Shown piece by piece: positions 34,979 to 48,650 of a stretch of 64,000 nt of DNA; positions within the stretch are counted from its first letter, which is position 1, and every line of letters starts with the position of its first letter. A model generated the notes under the pieces. The model had not been told where the DNA came from and did no database searches. It was given only the letters and a program-made list of their open reading frames with translations. The DNA lies in the NCBI GenBank assembly GCA_964188305.1, contig OZ076893.1, one strand, 5' to 3'. The stretch is from Podarcis bocagei. Taxonomy: Eukaryota. Position numbers and translations under genes: made by a program.

Positions 34979-37520
34979 AGTGCCTGTTGTGGCAGGAAAT
35001 AATGAAATCCCATTGATCAATTCTTCAGATCCATGCCAGTATTTATACTTTGCTGAGCCATGCCATATTCACCTGTGGAACACATGGCTCCAACATCTGA
35101 GCTATATGCAATTGTTTACCATGCTATATAGAAAATATGTCCCAGTGGTTTGAATTATAAATGGTACTTTTTGAGGACTGCTCTGGCAATGGCAGCTGAG
35201 AAATGATTCATACTATCCATTTGCTAGCAGAGCTTTTCTAGAATGGACTCTTGCTCTTCTCATTCCATCTCTCCCCCCCCCCCGACTTTCCTTGCTTCCC
35301 ACCAAATATTTGTGGTTGCCATGGGAGATAATAAAGTCATAATCTAAAGTCAACAGCCCTGGAGGCGAATGCAGAATCAAGAAAGCCTGTCTCCTCAGCT
35401 GGCTACGGGCCAAATTTCTGTGGCTCTTCTTCCATTCAATCCTACCTTTCCCCCTTTTTCCACCACCTATTTGAGATGGGACAATTCCTTTAACATCTGA
35501 AGATATCACACTTTAGTTTGTCTTATTTTTATGCCTTTGCCAACATCTAAACATGGGCTGTCCCTTATCTCAAAAGACCACACGAAGGAGGTGCATATTG
35601 AATGGCACTTGTTTCAAAACACTGCTGTTCCAAAGAGCTCTAGTAACCCTTTTGGTTTGATAAGGGAATTAGACACCTGACACATACTTTGCAACCTGCA
35701 TATGTTTACAAAATGATCACTTTTAAAGATGTGGAAGTATAGCATATAAGTAGTGCAATCAATACTTATCTCAGTGTCCCAACTAACTGGTTATTCTTGG
35801 TGCTTTCTATTCTGTTCCAAATATGGGAATGTGCCTGGGCTCTTTACAGGGACCTTCTAGGAAACTTTGGAAGACTGACAGCATTGGATTTGCCCCTCTC
35901 ATCCCTGTGAACTTATTTGTGATCTCTCTATGGGCTAAGAATCTAGAGTCAGCCCTTCAGGCTCCCTTCTTTTCTTGTTGTGCAAAAAGCAGTGGCACGA
36001 AGAGACATCTCTCACTCTATGCTCCCCCTCTCCACTCTTTATTCCCCCCCCCCTTGAATTTTGCCCTGAAGATGAGTAGGGCTATCTTCAAAAAGTGTAG
36101 CAACTGTGTGAGTAAAGTTCTTGATCTTTGCAGTCACTGCCTCACATGCCTCAAAGAGGCTGACATCATTAAAATGTGAAAGTTTTTTGCAGAAGTCTTG
36201 CAGAAAGTGCTCAGGAAACAAACTGTTGCCACCATGGACATTTCTCCCAAAGGCCATGCAGTAATTTATACTATGCAGGGGTGTAAAGGAAGGGATCCAG
36301 CATACCCAGTCTTCCAGAGCTTTCTAAAAAGTTCCACCAGTAGGTTGTGCAGGTGCTTTTCCATATCTGTGACTGCATTTACAGGTGAGCCACTTTAGGT
36401 TTTGATGTTATTTGTTTGTTTATTTATTGGAATCATGTTAGTTATGAATTATATGATTTGAGAAATTTGGGAGGGGGGCTACTGTTGGCAGAAAACAGAA
36501 ATCTGAATTTAAATTGATAGGAATCACTTTGGAATGGACAACTTAATTAGCGATCAAATTATTTCTGCTTGGCAGTTTCTGTTTAAACATTTATTTTGTA
36601 TAAAAAGTCCATAAGTCATTGTTCTTCTAGCTCTAAACTATGGATTTCATCAGTCTCAGAAGGATTTCGAGAGATTTGTCTCTGACTTTAATGTGAAAAG
36701 GTAGCATCTTTCATAAGCACTTCTGTGACGAGTAGCTTGGCCTTTTCAAGCTCTGCTGTGCACTTCACATCTTGACAATGATGTTCTGATCAGAAAAATA
36801 CCTAATTTGCGCTGAGCGGCACGAGCTTGGCATTAGGAACCAGAAGCCAACTATCAAACAAGGAGCTCAGTAGGAGAATGTAATTTGTTGTAAACTGAAA
36901 CTCAGTGTTGAACAGTTTCATTTTATCAATGCAAACCAAAATGTCAGACTGCATTGGGGGGGTTGGAGAGATAAGAAACTAAAAATAAAGGGAGTTCTTC
37001 TGATTTCCTTCAATGTTAGAAGTGCTGTATTAGCAACTTGCTGGCAATGGAAGTTTGGTCGTTTGCCCTTATCAACACATTTCCTGACATAAATTATTTG
37101 AAAATGAATTTTTTTGGGGGGAGTGTCAACTATATTACAAATCATAAAAACAGATAAATGCAGGTCTATCAAATAGTTAGATCGAAGTTCACAAGAGCCT
37201 CACTGGAAAATTCAGGGAACCTAAGAGTCTTCTTATTCCTTGTCTTCTTTCATGAGCCATTACATCAACAGCAAATACCTAGTCATTATATATTTTGTTT
37301 GCATACTCACTTCCAATGAAATATGTTTATCTTGCATTAAAGTAATGGGACATAAAAGCTGCATATAAAAGTGCCTCTTTATTTACCAAAGGTGCATGTG
37401 TCCCCCATCATATGCGAACAGATGTATTCCATGTGTGATCAGAAATTAGGAGGTGATGCATTTCACTCTCAATTACTTCATTTACATTGATAAATTGGCA
37501 AAGACAGTTGAATTCCAAGA

Positions 37521-37772
37521 CAGTAGTACCTTGGTTTACAAACTTAATCTGTTCCAGAAGTCCGTTCTTAAACCAAAGTGTTCTTAAACCAAGGTGTGCT
37601 TTCCCATAGCAGCGGGGGACTCAATTTACAAATGGAACACACTCAACAGGAAGCGAAACATGTTCTTATTCCAAGGCAACGTTCACAAACCAAAACACCT
37701 ACTTCCAGGTTTGCAGCGTTCTTAATCCAAGTTGTTCATAAACAAAGCTGTTCTTAAACCAAGGTACCACTG
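37521..37772. mobile_element. Tc1/mariner MITE, subfamily related to family A
   Basis: Ends CAGTAGTACCTTGGTTTA and TAAACCAAGGTACCACTG+TA. Repeated GTTCTTAAACCAA motifs. Confidence 0.85.
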
Positions 37773-38143
37773 TATTTACTTACCTACTATGCTAAATTGT
37801 AGCCAGGGGTGGCACATCCTGCTTCACCACTTGAGGCAAAATGGGAAATGCTGTGTTCCACTGCTGCTGCCACCACTCCTACAACCCCCTGCCTGTTTCT
37901 GCCGCTGCACACTCAGCCCCTATGTGTTTTCCATGTAGGTAGAGGTAGAAGTTCTCTTTCATGGAATGCAAATAGCCAGTTGATTGAATGGCTAAGGGTT
38001 TGTGTTATTTGCAGAGATGTATTTTGATCTTGCAAGGGCTAATTAGTAACTAAACAGGTATTTCCCCTTAGCTATAATTTTTCAAAATACATGTACTCAA
38101 CTGAAGCGCTATCTAAGATGCTGTCTTTTTCAATCTTTCCTAG

Positions 38144-38236
38144 TGCAAGACATATGCCTGTGTTCTGGAGAGTCATCTTATGGGGCTTACCATAGACTTT
38201 GGCATGGGTTTCGTATGCTTTGATGCTGCAACAAAG
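38144..38236 (+). CDS. SNTG1: Gamma-1-syntrophin coding exon, 93 nt (CKTYACVLESHLMGLTIDFGMGFVCFDAATK)
   Basis: Acceptor tctttcctag| and donor AAG|gtaagg. Near-identical to recalled human CKTYACVLESHLMGLTIDFSTGFICFDAATK. Confidence 0.96.
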
Positions 38237-38384
38237 GTAAGGCCATGAGAAGATGTTTACTGTTAATGATTCATTACCAATAATTATCTTTTCAATTGAG
38301 AGTTGAGCCATTGTTTGAAGTCTGGCACTATGCTGTATTTGCCTCCCCCCCCCCATATGAACCAACCTGGACCCTGTGATCATA

Positions 38385-38695
38385 ATCTGAGGCTCTCCAT
38401 GAGAGGTCCTGAGGGTGGCAACACCAGAACGGGCCTTATCTGCAGTGGATCCCCGCTTGTGGAATGCTCTCCCCAGGGAGGCTTGCCTGGCACATTCGTT
38501 GCATATCTTTAAGTGCCAGGCAAAAACATCCCTCTTCTCCCAGATTTTAGGCTAATTAAAGAATCTATGGCATTTAAAACTTGGGGATATTGTTTTTGTA
38601 TACATATTATGGTATGTATTTTTCTGTTTTTATATTGTAAGGCACCCTGTGGTCGTCAGATGAAGGGTAGTATAGAAATTTAATAAATAATAATT
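38385..38695 (+). mobile_element. Older L2 3' fragment with tail
   Basis: GGGCCTTATCTGCAGTGGATCCCCGCTTGTGGAATGCTCTCCCCAGGG is similar to the 6424 copy. Ends ...GATGAAGGGTAGTATAGAAATTTAATAAATAATAA. Confidence 0.75.
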
Positions 38696-41600
38696 TTATC
38701 CTATCACATTCTCAATATGCTTTTTAAAAATAGTTTCCGCAGGAAACTATTTTGCAGGAATGTTATTGAGATGGAATGCATGAATTGATCCTTTTATACA
38801 CTCCCTGCTCTTCTACTTGTTCCATCTCCTTTCCTTTTCTCTCCCCCTTCTCCATGAACATCATAAAGCACACAATTCAAAAGCTCTAAAGGGACAAACT
38901 TCTAGAGATATGGCCAAAGTTCACATGAAGTTTGGCATTCAGTATGGCTTTCCATTTGAAGAGAAGCATTGCATCTCTGGAATTCTTTTCCAGTTTAGTT
39001 TTTTTTCTAATTCAGTTCAGAGATGAACTCCTTCTTTACCTAATCTCTCTTACCTGGTAGCAGGTGCTGCTGCTCTGGTGGCAGAGAATGTGTGAAGACA
39101 TCTTTCCTTTCCTCACCCTCCTTCACACAGCTACAATCCTGATGCCAGGAACTTGGGAAAATATAAACCCTTCATACTGTTACCACAAGAGCAGAAAGTG
39201 CTGCCACTGGGCAAGGGGATTTGGGTGCTTATGAGAAGTGGGGAGGGGGGAGCATTAAGCACTGCACTCACACTGATGCCATTGGGAGAATGACTGAGTC
39301 CATTCTTGCTTTTAACTGGTTCAGAATAAACTCAGCCAGTTTTCCAGTCTCAAGGAGGAAGGGGAGAAACTCATTTTGACAAGCCTAATTATAAATGTAA
39401 TCCGTGCAAACTTGCCCATTGCTACAAATTTCTTAAACGAGAAAAGGGACTGAAGCTTTTAGCATGCAGACAATATGCTTTTGAATCATAGCCCTTCATT
39501 CCGTGGCCCTGATTGAGGGAGCCAGAAGCAGAGAATGGGGTTTTGGTTGTGTTCCTGACGTTTCCCCCGCCATAGTAAGAGCTCTGACAGTGCTGATAAC
39601 CTATAATGCATTCAAAAAAAAAAAAAAAAAAAAAAGGTGCCTGTGCCAGCTTCTGTTTCCTACTCCCGCTCACAACAAATGATATGGAGTGAAATAGGTT
39701 TCTACTTGCAGATTGTTTTCTCTGGATCAGGGTGATTGTTTTATTATCTAGATGTTAATAGAAAAATCACAATCCACATTGGTCAAATGTCAAGATTGTA
39801 CTTTCTCTAAGAGAGTCATGAAAAACAAAGCACAGTTTGTTTTTCTTCTTCCATGGTGCTACTTTCCTCTAAAATCTCTTTCAACACTGTTTCCTCTGAT
39901 AGAATCCATCAGATAGGAAACTGCACTAACAAAACTATTAACATAGTTATGGCTTCGGATTTATATTTTCAGAACAGAAGAAACCACACACAGATATCTT
40001 AATCAACATATCCAGCTGGCAACAGTGTCAGAATAAGAGAAATGTCAGCTGCCTTCCAGACAGAAACCATTAGAATCAGCCTCAGTCCTTGTAATATTTT
40101 CTCTAGCCTTATAAAATCCTACTTTGCTCATTCACCTGAAGCAAGTAATTTGCTTTGACAGGCCACTGACATACTATCAGCTTTTACATTATCATGATTA
40201 CCACAAGCCTGATCTATACTTCACTGAAGTCAGTGGGTGCCTTTCCATTGATTTCTCCCCCCACCCCACTGCCAAAATATACCCTAAGCCTCCTCAAAGA
40301 ACACTGCAGATTATTTTCCAAGGTATTTACTTGACCAGAAGAATAAATTTGGTTTGGAACCTATCACATACCCCCATCCATATTCTCTTTGTGCACATTA
40401 CTGTGTTTTTATTATTAAGAGCTGGACCAAATTTCTGACAGCTTCAATTTTCATGTCAAAAATTGCACTTCTGGTCAATCAGGGCCTTTACTGATCAGCT
40501 AAGCAATGTGCAGGAAAATTGTGAGAGTTTCTGCATGTATCATACATATCAGTACACAAATCACTGCTCAGCGGTGTTGAAAAGTCCCTGATCTGGCCCA
40601 CAAGAAAATGCCAGAAGGGTTTTGAGATCTCTGAGCTTTTCTCACCAAACGTTGAGAGAGCCTCTGACTCAACTGAGTGAATCCATTTCTTGAGGACATG
40701 GTGAGGTGGGTCACATGAATTGTAGGAGAAGGCTTGCCCACAGAAAGCAGATAAAGGGACTAAGCCCAAGATTTTGGTCCAATTAGGAAGCTTCCTTGAG
40801 GTTGGTGACACAAGCATAGGAATTCAACAGCTTTATTCTGACATTCTGTTCCCTGCTAACAATAATACAAGAGGAGGAACTGATTGCTCAGGGTTCCAGA
40901 TCACATGGGAGCTTGTACTATGAAGGTTCCTACCTCACAGCAATGGTATTTTTCAGTAGAAAGCTACTGCTACCCAATATTATTGATCTTTACAATTTAT
41001 TACTTGTGGCAGCAACACTCATAACAGCATATCATAATCTAGCCTGGTATTTTTATTTTTTTGAGAAACTCAAAAAGCCTTTTCGTTATCTTTGAAATTC
41101 ATGAGTGAAGACAAAGTCCTACTGCTGCTTTTCCTTTTCTGATGCCAGAAAAGCTGAATAATTCAAACTTGAGATCCTTACCCTTTTATCTCTCCTGCCA
41201 CTCATCAAAAACTGGGGGGTTGGGGTGATGAGTGATGGCCTTTGGGTTTCAAAGCCTTTGTAGTTCTTGATTATTATTACTTCACTTTTCTATAGCAAAC
41301 AACGTCTAAAGTAGCTAGCAAGAAGTGTAAACACAAAGCATACAAATATTAAAATTACACGAAGCACAAATTAATTATTCTTTACTAAGCATCCTTTAGA
41401 TTTGTTATGGATTGAATACAGAGGCCAGGATCAATTCCTGTGGCTCAGGCAGGCAAACAAGCCAAAGCTGGTTAAAAAGTGCAGGCTGAATCCAGGAGCA
41501 TATCCAGCTGTACATACCTTGGAAGAAAAAGCATCTTCATCCAGAAGAGATTGGATACTCATCTTCAAATTCATAGAGCCTTTAACAGCATTTCCATCTT

Positions 41601-41984
41601 ATCTGGATGAAGTATCAAATTGTTCACCCCCCCACCAATTCTTTCCTGGTACCATATGCCAGTTCAAGAGTGTCACCTACCACTTTGTGTTCAGAAATTG
41701 GAAATGTGTCATTCTCATTATACTGATGGTAGTTCAGTCGTCGTTTCAGTTCCCATATTGTAATTTTCTGTCCAAAAGAGCAATCAACTCCCTACATTCT
41801 TTATTGGAATCCAGTATCATGGCTTTGCAGTATAGCATGTATTGTTAGGGTTTCATTAGCACTTTCACCAAACTAGGAAATATTTATGTAACGCTCCCCA
41901 CCCCTTTAGCCTGAGTATAACTATGCATAAATTATGCTTGGTATGAAAAAGGTGACTGAAACACTGGAACTTGTGGTCATTAAT

Positions 41985-42337
41985 AGAAACACTAGAAGCT
42001 GCCTTATTTCAAATCAGACCACTGCACTGATAAAGCAGCAGATTTCCAGGCTTTCTGATGGGGGATATTTTCATTCCTAACTGGAGATGCAGCCAATTAA
42101 ACCTTGGACCACCTTCATGCAAACCAGATGCTGTACCACTGAGTTGTAGCCCTTCCCCATAAACATAAAAGGCTACCTTATATCAAGTCAGATGATTGGT
42201 CCATTTTGCTTAGTAATCTTGACACTGATTGGCAGTGGCTGTCCAGGGTTTCAGGCAGGCAATCTTCTCCAGCCCTACCTGGAGTTGCCAGAGATTGAAC
42301 TCATGACCTTCTGCAGGCAAACTTGATTCTCTACCAC
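41985..42337 (-). mobile_element. Two adjacent Squam3-like SINE copies (about 41985-42158 and 42160-42337)
   Basis: Each starts on + with (A/G)GCT(G/A)CCTTAT..AGTCAGA-like sequence and contains CTGGAG..GC..GATTGAAC..GACCTTCTGCA-like sequence homologous to 24201-24392. Confidence 0.72.
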
Positions 42338-42357
42338 AAAAGACAAACAAAAGAAAG

Positions 42358-42668
42358 TCCTTTTCATATCACATAGTTAACTGAATGGAAGTTGCTGCCA
42401 CTAGATGCAAGATAGGGGGCTTCAGAGGATAATAAAAATTAATCCACAGAAGATATGCCTATGAATGACTATTAACCATGGCAGCTAAATTGTACCTTCA
42501 AATTCAGAGGCAGCTTGTCTCAGAATATTATTTGTTGTGGGGCAAACAAGAAGACAGATGCCTTCTTGACATATTTGTAGAATTCCCGAAAGCATCCGGC
42601 TGATCACTTCTAGAAGCAGGATGCTGGACTCGATGGATCCTTGGTGTTATCCAACAGGGATATTCTTG
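42358..42668 (+). mobile_element. CR1-type LINE 3' end (degraded)
   Basis: Ends CAGGATGCTGGACTCGATGGATCCTTGGTGTTATCCAACAGGGATATTCTT, a typical squamate CR1 3' UTR terminus. A related minus-strand piece lies at about 15275-15470. Confidence 0.6.
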
Positions 42669-43355
42669 GTTTTGAAATTCCTCAACCCACAAAGCCAGAT
42701 GGCTTTAGCAGCTTCCATGTTTTCTGAAATCGGGTCATTATTAGCTGGCAATGAAGCTAACCCTGCAGCTTCCAATTAAAATTAAATCACTTGTGCCAAA
42801 CAAGGAAAAAAGAAAGTGCCTAAGAAGTAATCAGGATTCTTCACCACTCCAAACCCAGCACCTGGCACACTTGAGGGTAGCTTTCATTTTGGTCGGAACA
42901 AGCTGGCATGATGGGATGGCTGATACACTGCCTATTTCCCAAAGTGCCAATTCCAAGCTCTGCTAAGTAGCAAAGCTTTGTAACAAAAGTGAATTCAAGG
43001 AAGGATGTATTAAGCCCATCTTGGAACAGTGTGTTTGCATGATACAATGTCAAGAGCAATAAGAATGTGATGCTTTTAGAGGGTTTTCTTTCCCAATTAG
43101 ATTTATCCTCTAATAAAATCAAGAGGAACAGATGTTTCTAACAAGAGCTATGTCGGCTTCTTTTGGATGTAATGCAAAACTATAATTGAGTGTTGCAGGA
43201 ATGAGCCTGGGCTTCATTAGCCACCCTGCCCTCTGTTTTCCTCTAGTGCAGGCACAAGGAGAGCAGTAGTTTCCACTTCCATTTTTAACTAACCAGAGTT
43301 TAACTAACCAAATCCCAACAAAACCATGGTTTGGGAAGTTGGTTTGTTTTCCTAA

Positions 43356-43472
43356 GCCTGCAGCCCCCCAGATGCTGTTGAACTACAACTCCCATCAGCC
43401 TTGTCCGTGGTGTCTGGATCTGGTGGGAGTTGTAGTGCAGCAACAACTGCAGAGCTACAGGTTGGCCACCCC
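43356..43472. mobile_element. Palindromic hAT-derived MITE
   Basis: Inverted core ACTACAACTCCCATCAG ... CTGGTGGGAGTTGTAGT; same family as 31231-31366. Confidence 0.7.
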
Positions 43473-46400
43473 AACTCTACATTACAGTTCAGATGAACCT
43501 CTTTAAAGTTTGGATGCAACAGTACACTGTGGGTAAATCAGAATGGAAACCAAAGTTTCCAATTTCCTCCTTGCAGCCATACGAGAAAAGGAAATGAGAG
43601 CACACAAGTCCAGAGCTCAAGCAGTTAATGCTAAACCATTTCACACCAGGCCTGTGAGAATCAACAAATTAGGTAGGAAGGTCAGGTTTCCTGACATAGG
43701 GTAAAATATGTTCAGCCAGTTGTAGTATGAAATGTCAAATTAATAATGTTTCCTAGCAAGTGCACATTGATAGTTCCCATTATTTTCATTTTGCTGAGAA
43801 GCAGTTCTTGAAATACTGCATTATCCTGGAATTTGGACTGGAAAATGAGAAGTTTTGTGATGATCAAAAGACCACAGAAAAGTTAGAGAGGGAGGGTGCT
43901 TATTAAATTTTTCTTGCAACTACTGTACATTTTGTTTGCTGGTGCCTGGGTGGCCGGCATTGCATGGTTTGTAGCGGTTTTGTGCTTTGGTTTTTCCCCT
44001 GCTCACTTTTGACCTTCTGAACATGTGCATTTGTAACCCTCCTTTCAGCAAAGCTTCCAGGGCAGCTTATGTAAACAGTATACAGGGGGGGAAACTTGTT
44101 TTAAAAAACCAGCAGGCAATAGCAGAAATCATGATGATAGCTAGATAAAAGCAGCAAGAAATCATTTGATAGAAATGAAGGCCAACTGAGAAGCTAAAGC
44201 TGGTCTAGGAAAACAAAAAGGTCTCTGCTGGATGTGAAGATGTGAAGGCAGGCACCAGGCAAACCCTCTCCCCTTGCTTTAGCTCCCCACCCCCCATCAC
44301 TGTAGTCCTTCTAAGTCCATGATCCTTGCTACAATGTTGTACAGGTGTCCTGTGCCCAAACAGCATCTGCAAACGGACAATTAGGATCTTGCAGCAAGTC
44401 CCTTCGAAGGGTAATGAAAGTGCATCAACAAATGAGACTATCAGGTGTGGGGCAAGTGGTCAGGTTTAGAGAAAGCAGCATTGCAGTCTAAATTGGGATT
44501 CACTCTGAGCCTAATTAGGCCCACAGGACAGAGATTTCCCACCCAGCCCTGATTAATAAGCTTAGTCTTCTTATAGCAATCTTATTGTGTCTAAAAATCT
44601 TCTGTAGAGATCCATATCCAAGAAATTTCTTGAACGGAGATATAATACACAGCTGCAAAGAAGCTGCTGTGGCTCTTTGACTTTGGAATCCCTCTCTAAG
44701 GAGCCACACCTAGTGCCAACATTACAATCTTTTCAAGACTTTGCTCTATATCCCAGGCATTTAGTTGGAACCGTTTTTGTTCTTTTGTTAAAATCTGAGA
44801 ATGGGAAGTTGCACAATGTGTCATTGCTGAAATGAAGTTTATCGGTAGTCTAGAGGCAGGGGTAAAGCAAATGAAAGGCTGGAGAAATGAAAATGCTTAA
44901 TTTAACCCACTGAAATTGATTGCAGTTATGGCCAGAATGCTAGATTAGTTTGCAAAGATCAATCAGTGGATGTTTATTTCTTCAAATTAACACGGTTGTC
45001 ACCATCTTGCCCTTCTTGTAAGCTTCCCTTAGGCATTTGTCCATAGCTAGAGACAGAATGATGAACCAGATGGCCTGTCTCAGCATAGCAATTTTATACC
45101 CAAGTTAAATATCTCACCCTCAGTATCTGCTTCTTCACTTTGGGGTTAATCGTGACCTGGAGGAAATAAGGATTACACAGCATTATCTCTATTAGTATTT
45201 TCCACATTAATGTGTGTGGGGGGGGAGGAATCTTCTAATTTGTTTGCTAAATGTAAACCATGCAGCTTAAATACAACTGTATTTTCAGGGAGGCTTCAAT
45301 TAAACTGAAAAAAGAACTGTGTACAAGAGTGTACAATACAAACAAAAAAAGAGTGTACAATACAAACAATTATAAAATTGTCCACCATTATAAAACCAGC
45401 AAGTGAAAATACAAAAAAATTACATTGAGGGCTTAAAACCCTAAAACTTGTGTTTATCTGATGCTGAGCAGCAATACCTGTTACTTTTGGAAAGCCAAAC
45501 TTATACTGGCTATTGGAAACTTTATAATTTTTGGCTATAAATGTGCATTTATGAACTTGAGCTCCCCAGCCCAGAGATCCCAATGCACTCATTGTATATT
45601 ACATTATAATATGTTCTAACATTTAGTATTAAACTTTTGTTTTAAGAACTGAGTGAACCTGTGTGAGGGAATCCTGACACCCAGAATGGAATGCTAGACT
45701 ACTGTAAAAAGCTTGGATGCTACACTATTGTACCAAGTGTACATGATATTGAGGCATGCACCTGAATAAGTACTGCCACAGACCTGCCACTTTGCCAGAA
45801 AAACAAGCACCGTTGACTGTTGACCCATAGCTCCACTATGTTGTGTGACTCCATCACAACCCTCAAAATGGGCAGAGTTTGGGACAGTATCTTGGTCTTA
45901 GTAATTCCAAACAGTTCAAGCAAATAAGAGTACATTTTGGCTGATGGCCAGTTAACAGTAGCCCCATGCAAATATTCAAACTATGTACAATGGAGTGTGG
46001 AGCAGGATCATGTTGGTAGGCGCCATCCTGACTTAAAGAGCACTAAGAAAGCCTAAATGCAACCAGACTCCGTAGAGACCTTGAACTGAATGTGCTTAAC
46101 CTGTTTACATCTCAGAAACTTAAAGAAGACCATTTATTCACATCCCGTATTCAGTGAATGCTGACGGGCTACCTCTTTTCCCTGGCCTTTGACACGTGAT
46201 ATGTATATTTTTAAAGCCCACCCTATTTTTTATGTCTGTATTCTTTGTAAATTGTAAGTTTTTAAATGGTTTTTAATATTGTATTTCAGATTGTTGTAAC
46301 CAGCCCTGGGACCTTAAATAAGTAGCAGTAATAATAATAATAGGCTGTAATTTTTGGTGTTGGGATTTGTAGAGGATGCTTCAAAGCATTTACTTGATAG

Positions 46401-47148
46401 GTAGAGTTTGTAATATTTCATCATTCTTTGGGGAACAATTTCTCTAAAGGCAGTTGGATCCATTGCTCCAGGTTACAGTTTTGGAATTACAGATGGTTTC
46501 TTTGCTTTCACAAGAGCTGAATGAAGCCAAAGTCCCATGTGTGGCAATCTGATTGGTGTATTTGTCTCACCTAGAAATGGACATACAGATATAGTTTGAT
46601 CATGATGGGTAGAAGTAAGTTCTAGAGCACAAGATGATAGTCCTATGTTTTTCCCCTCAGGTAGGAAGCCATTTGGAAACCCTGATCCATTACACAACAT
46701 TTATCAGCCCATTTGGCCAATGTTATTGAAATGGAAGTTATCAGAACACTAACTTTGCACTAAGAATATGAGTTAATCTGCAATAAATAGGTGCTCAGGA
46801 CAGGAGATGAAGTCTGGCTTATTTAACACGTCTTTGACATAGTGTAAATTGGGGTCTTCACTTTACTTCTATCTTTTGCTGTTAACCAGGGTCAGGCTAA
46901 GCTAAAAGGATTTCAACAAACATTTGACAAATGCAGCCTGACTGCTCTGAACCAGACACTGTCAAAATGTGGTGCAGTTTTATTATCAAAGAGACTTTGG
47001 AGCAGAGAACAATGCTCTTGTTTAATTTTATTATTATTGGTACGTTATAAAGTTCCCTAGAAGGACTTTTTCTCTGCTTATATTTTGTGTGCTGATGTTC
47101 CTGTGTATGTTTTCCCCCCTTCTTCTTCTTCTCTCCCCCCCCCTTTAG

Positions 47149-47259
47149 GCTGTACTATGGCGGTACAAGTTTTCCCAGCTTAAAGGGTCTTCAGATGATG
47201 GCAAGAGCAAAATCAAATTCTTGTTCCAAAATCCAGATACTAAACAGATTGAAGCAAAG
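47149..47259 (+). CDS. SNTG1: Gamma-1-syntrophin coding exon, 111 nt (AVLWRYKFSQLKGSSDDGKSKIKFLFQNPDTKQIEAK; syntrophin-unique region)
   Basis: Long polypyrimidine tract ending ctttag| and donor AAG|gtaaaa. Contains the syntrophin SU-domain motif LW.Y.F..L..SSDDG. Confidence 0.97.
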
Positions 47260-48283
47260 GTAAAAGCAAGAACTCCAATATGTTTCCCTTGTCTAAAGGA
47301 TATTAGATCAAGTAATCAGGGGCAGAGAAGACAACAAAATTTGAGGCTCATGTACTGATGCTTAAATAACAAGATGAACACTCATTTCTGTTGCTATTTG
47401 TCTGAGAACTAGAAAAAAGTAAACTAAAAATCAGGCAGAGCTGCATGCAAAGCCAAGCCAAGCCGATAACTAGGTTGATGCATTGTAGTCTTCATTCAGT
47501 AGGGAATTGGACATTGAGAGGACAGTTCCTTCAGTGTAGAAGTCTGCCCCTCAGTAGCTAGTCCAGTTATTTAAGGTATTATCTATGTTTTAATACAAAT
47601 ACAAAAAGGCAGTTGCTGTAACTATACACACTACTTGTACTCTGGGGAAGTCACTTGAGTGCTCCTAACATAGCAGCCCCATGGGGTGTGTTCCATTGTC
47701 TCTTGAGAGAGATGGATGCCATCATGGGCCATCAACATGTTAACGGCTTGGCTTATCTCTGGCTAGCTATGTGAAGCTGCCTTGGCTTGTGATCTTAAAC
47801 TGAATGCAACAGCATTTGGCTTTTAATTAACCAAACTTTTCTTACCTCATGAATTCATGAGCTTGCTCAAATTCCAGCTCTTTACTGGGTCTAGAGATTA
47901 TGGAGAGTCTGCCCATCCCCCAAACGCATAACAATATGTTGTGATAAAGGGTGCTACAGATATTTATTAGGTATGCATTTCAACTTTGTGGTTTGGCAGA
48001 GCATAGCATATGCTATGAATACTAAACTACCCAGGTGAAATTATGCCACTTACTTACTTCAGGTAGCTGATGCCATTCCTGCTTCTCAGCCACCTGGTAA
48101 CAGCAGACTGTGCTGAGACAGAATTTGTACACCTTTCTTCCCTCTGATTCCTAATCTTTGTCAGAAAGCGTTGCTGTAACAACAGTTATGGTGTGTGGGG
48201 AAGAATGCTAGTGGATTTGTCTATGTGTTGTAGATATACATTATAGAGTTATATACAACAGAAGGAATGAAGACTATTTACTT

Positions 48284-48650
48284 TAATAATAATAATTTTA
48301 TTATTTATACACCACCCATCTGGCTGGGCTGCTCCAGCCACTCTGGGCAGCTTGCAACACATATAAAAACATCAAACATTTAAAACTTCTCGATACAGGT
48401 CTGCCTTCAGAGGTCTTCTAAAAGTTGTATAGTTATTTTTCTTCTTGGCATCTGATGGGACGGCGTTCCACAGGGAGGGCGGCACTGCTGAGAAGGCCCT
48501 CTGCCTGGTTCCCTGTAACCTCACCTCTCACAATGAGGGAACCACCAGAAGGCCCTCGGCGCTGGACCTCAGTGTCCGGGCTGAACGATGGGGGTGGCAG
48601 CACTCCTTCAGGTATACAAGGCCTTTGAAGATCAGCACCAACCCTTTGAA
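48284..48650 (-). mobile_element. L2 LINE 3' fragment, same subfamily as 18822-19201
   Basis: Reverse complement of the 18.8-19.2 kb copy (CTCAGTGTCCGGGCTGAACGATGGGGGTGG is shared). (TAA)n tail at the left end. Confidence 0.88.
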
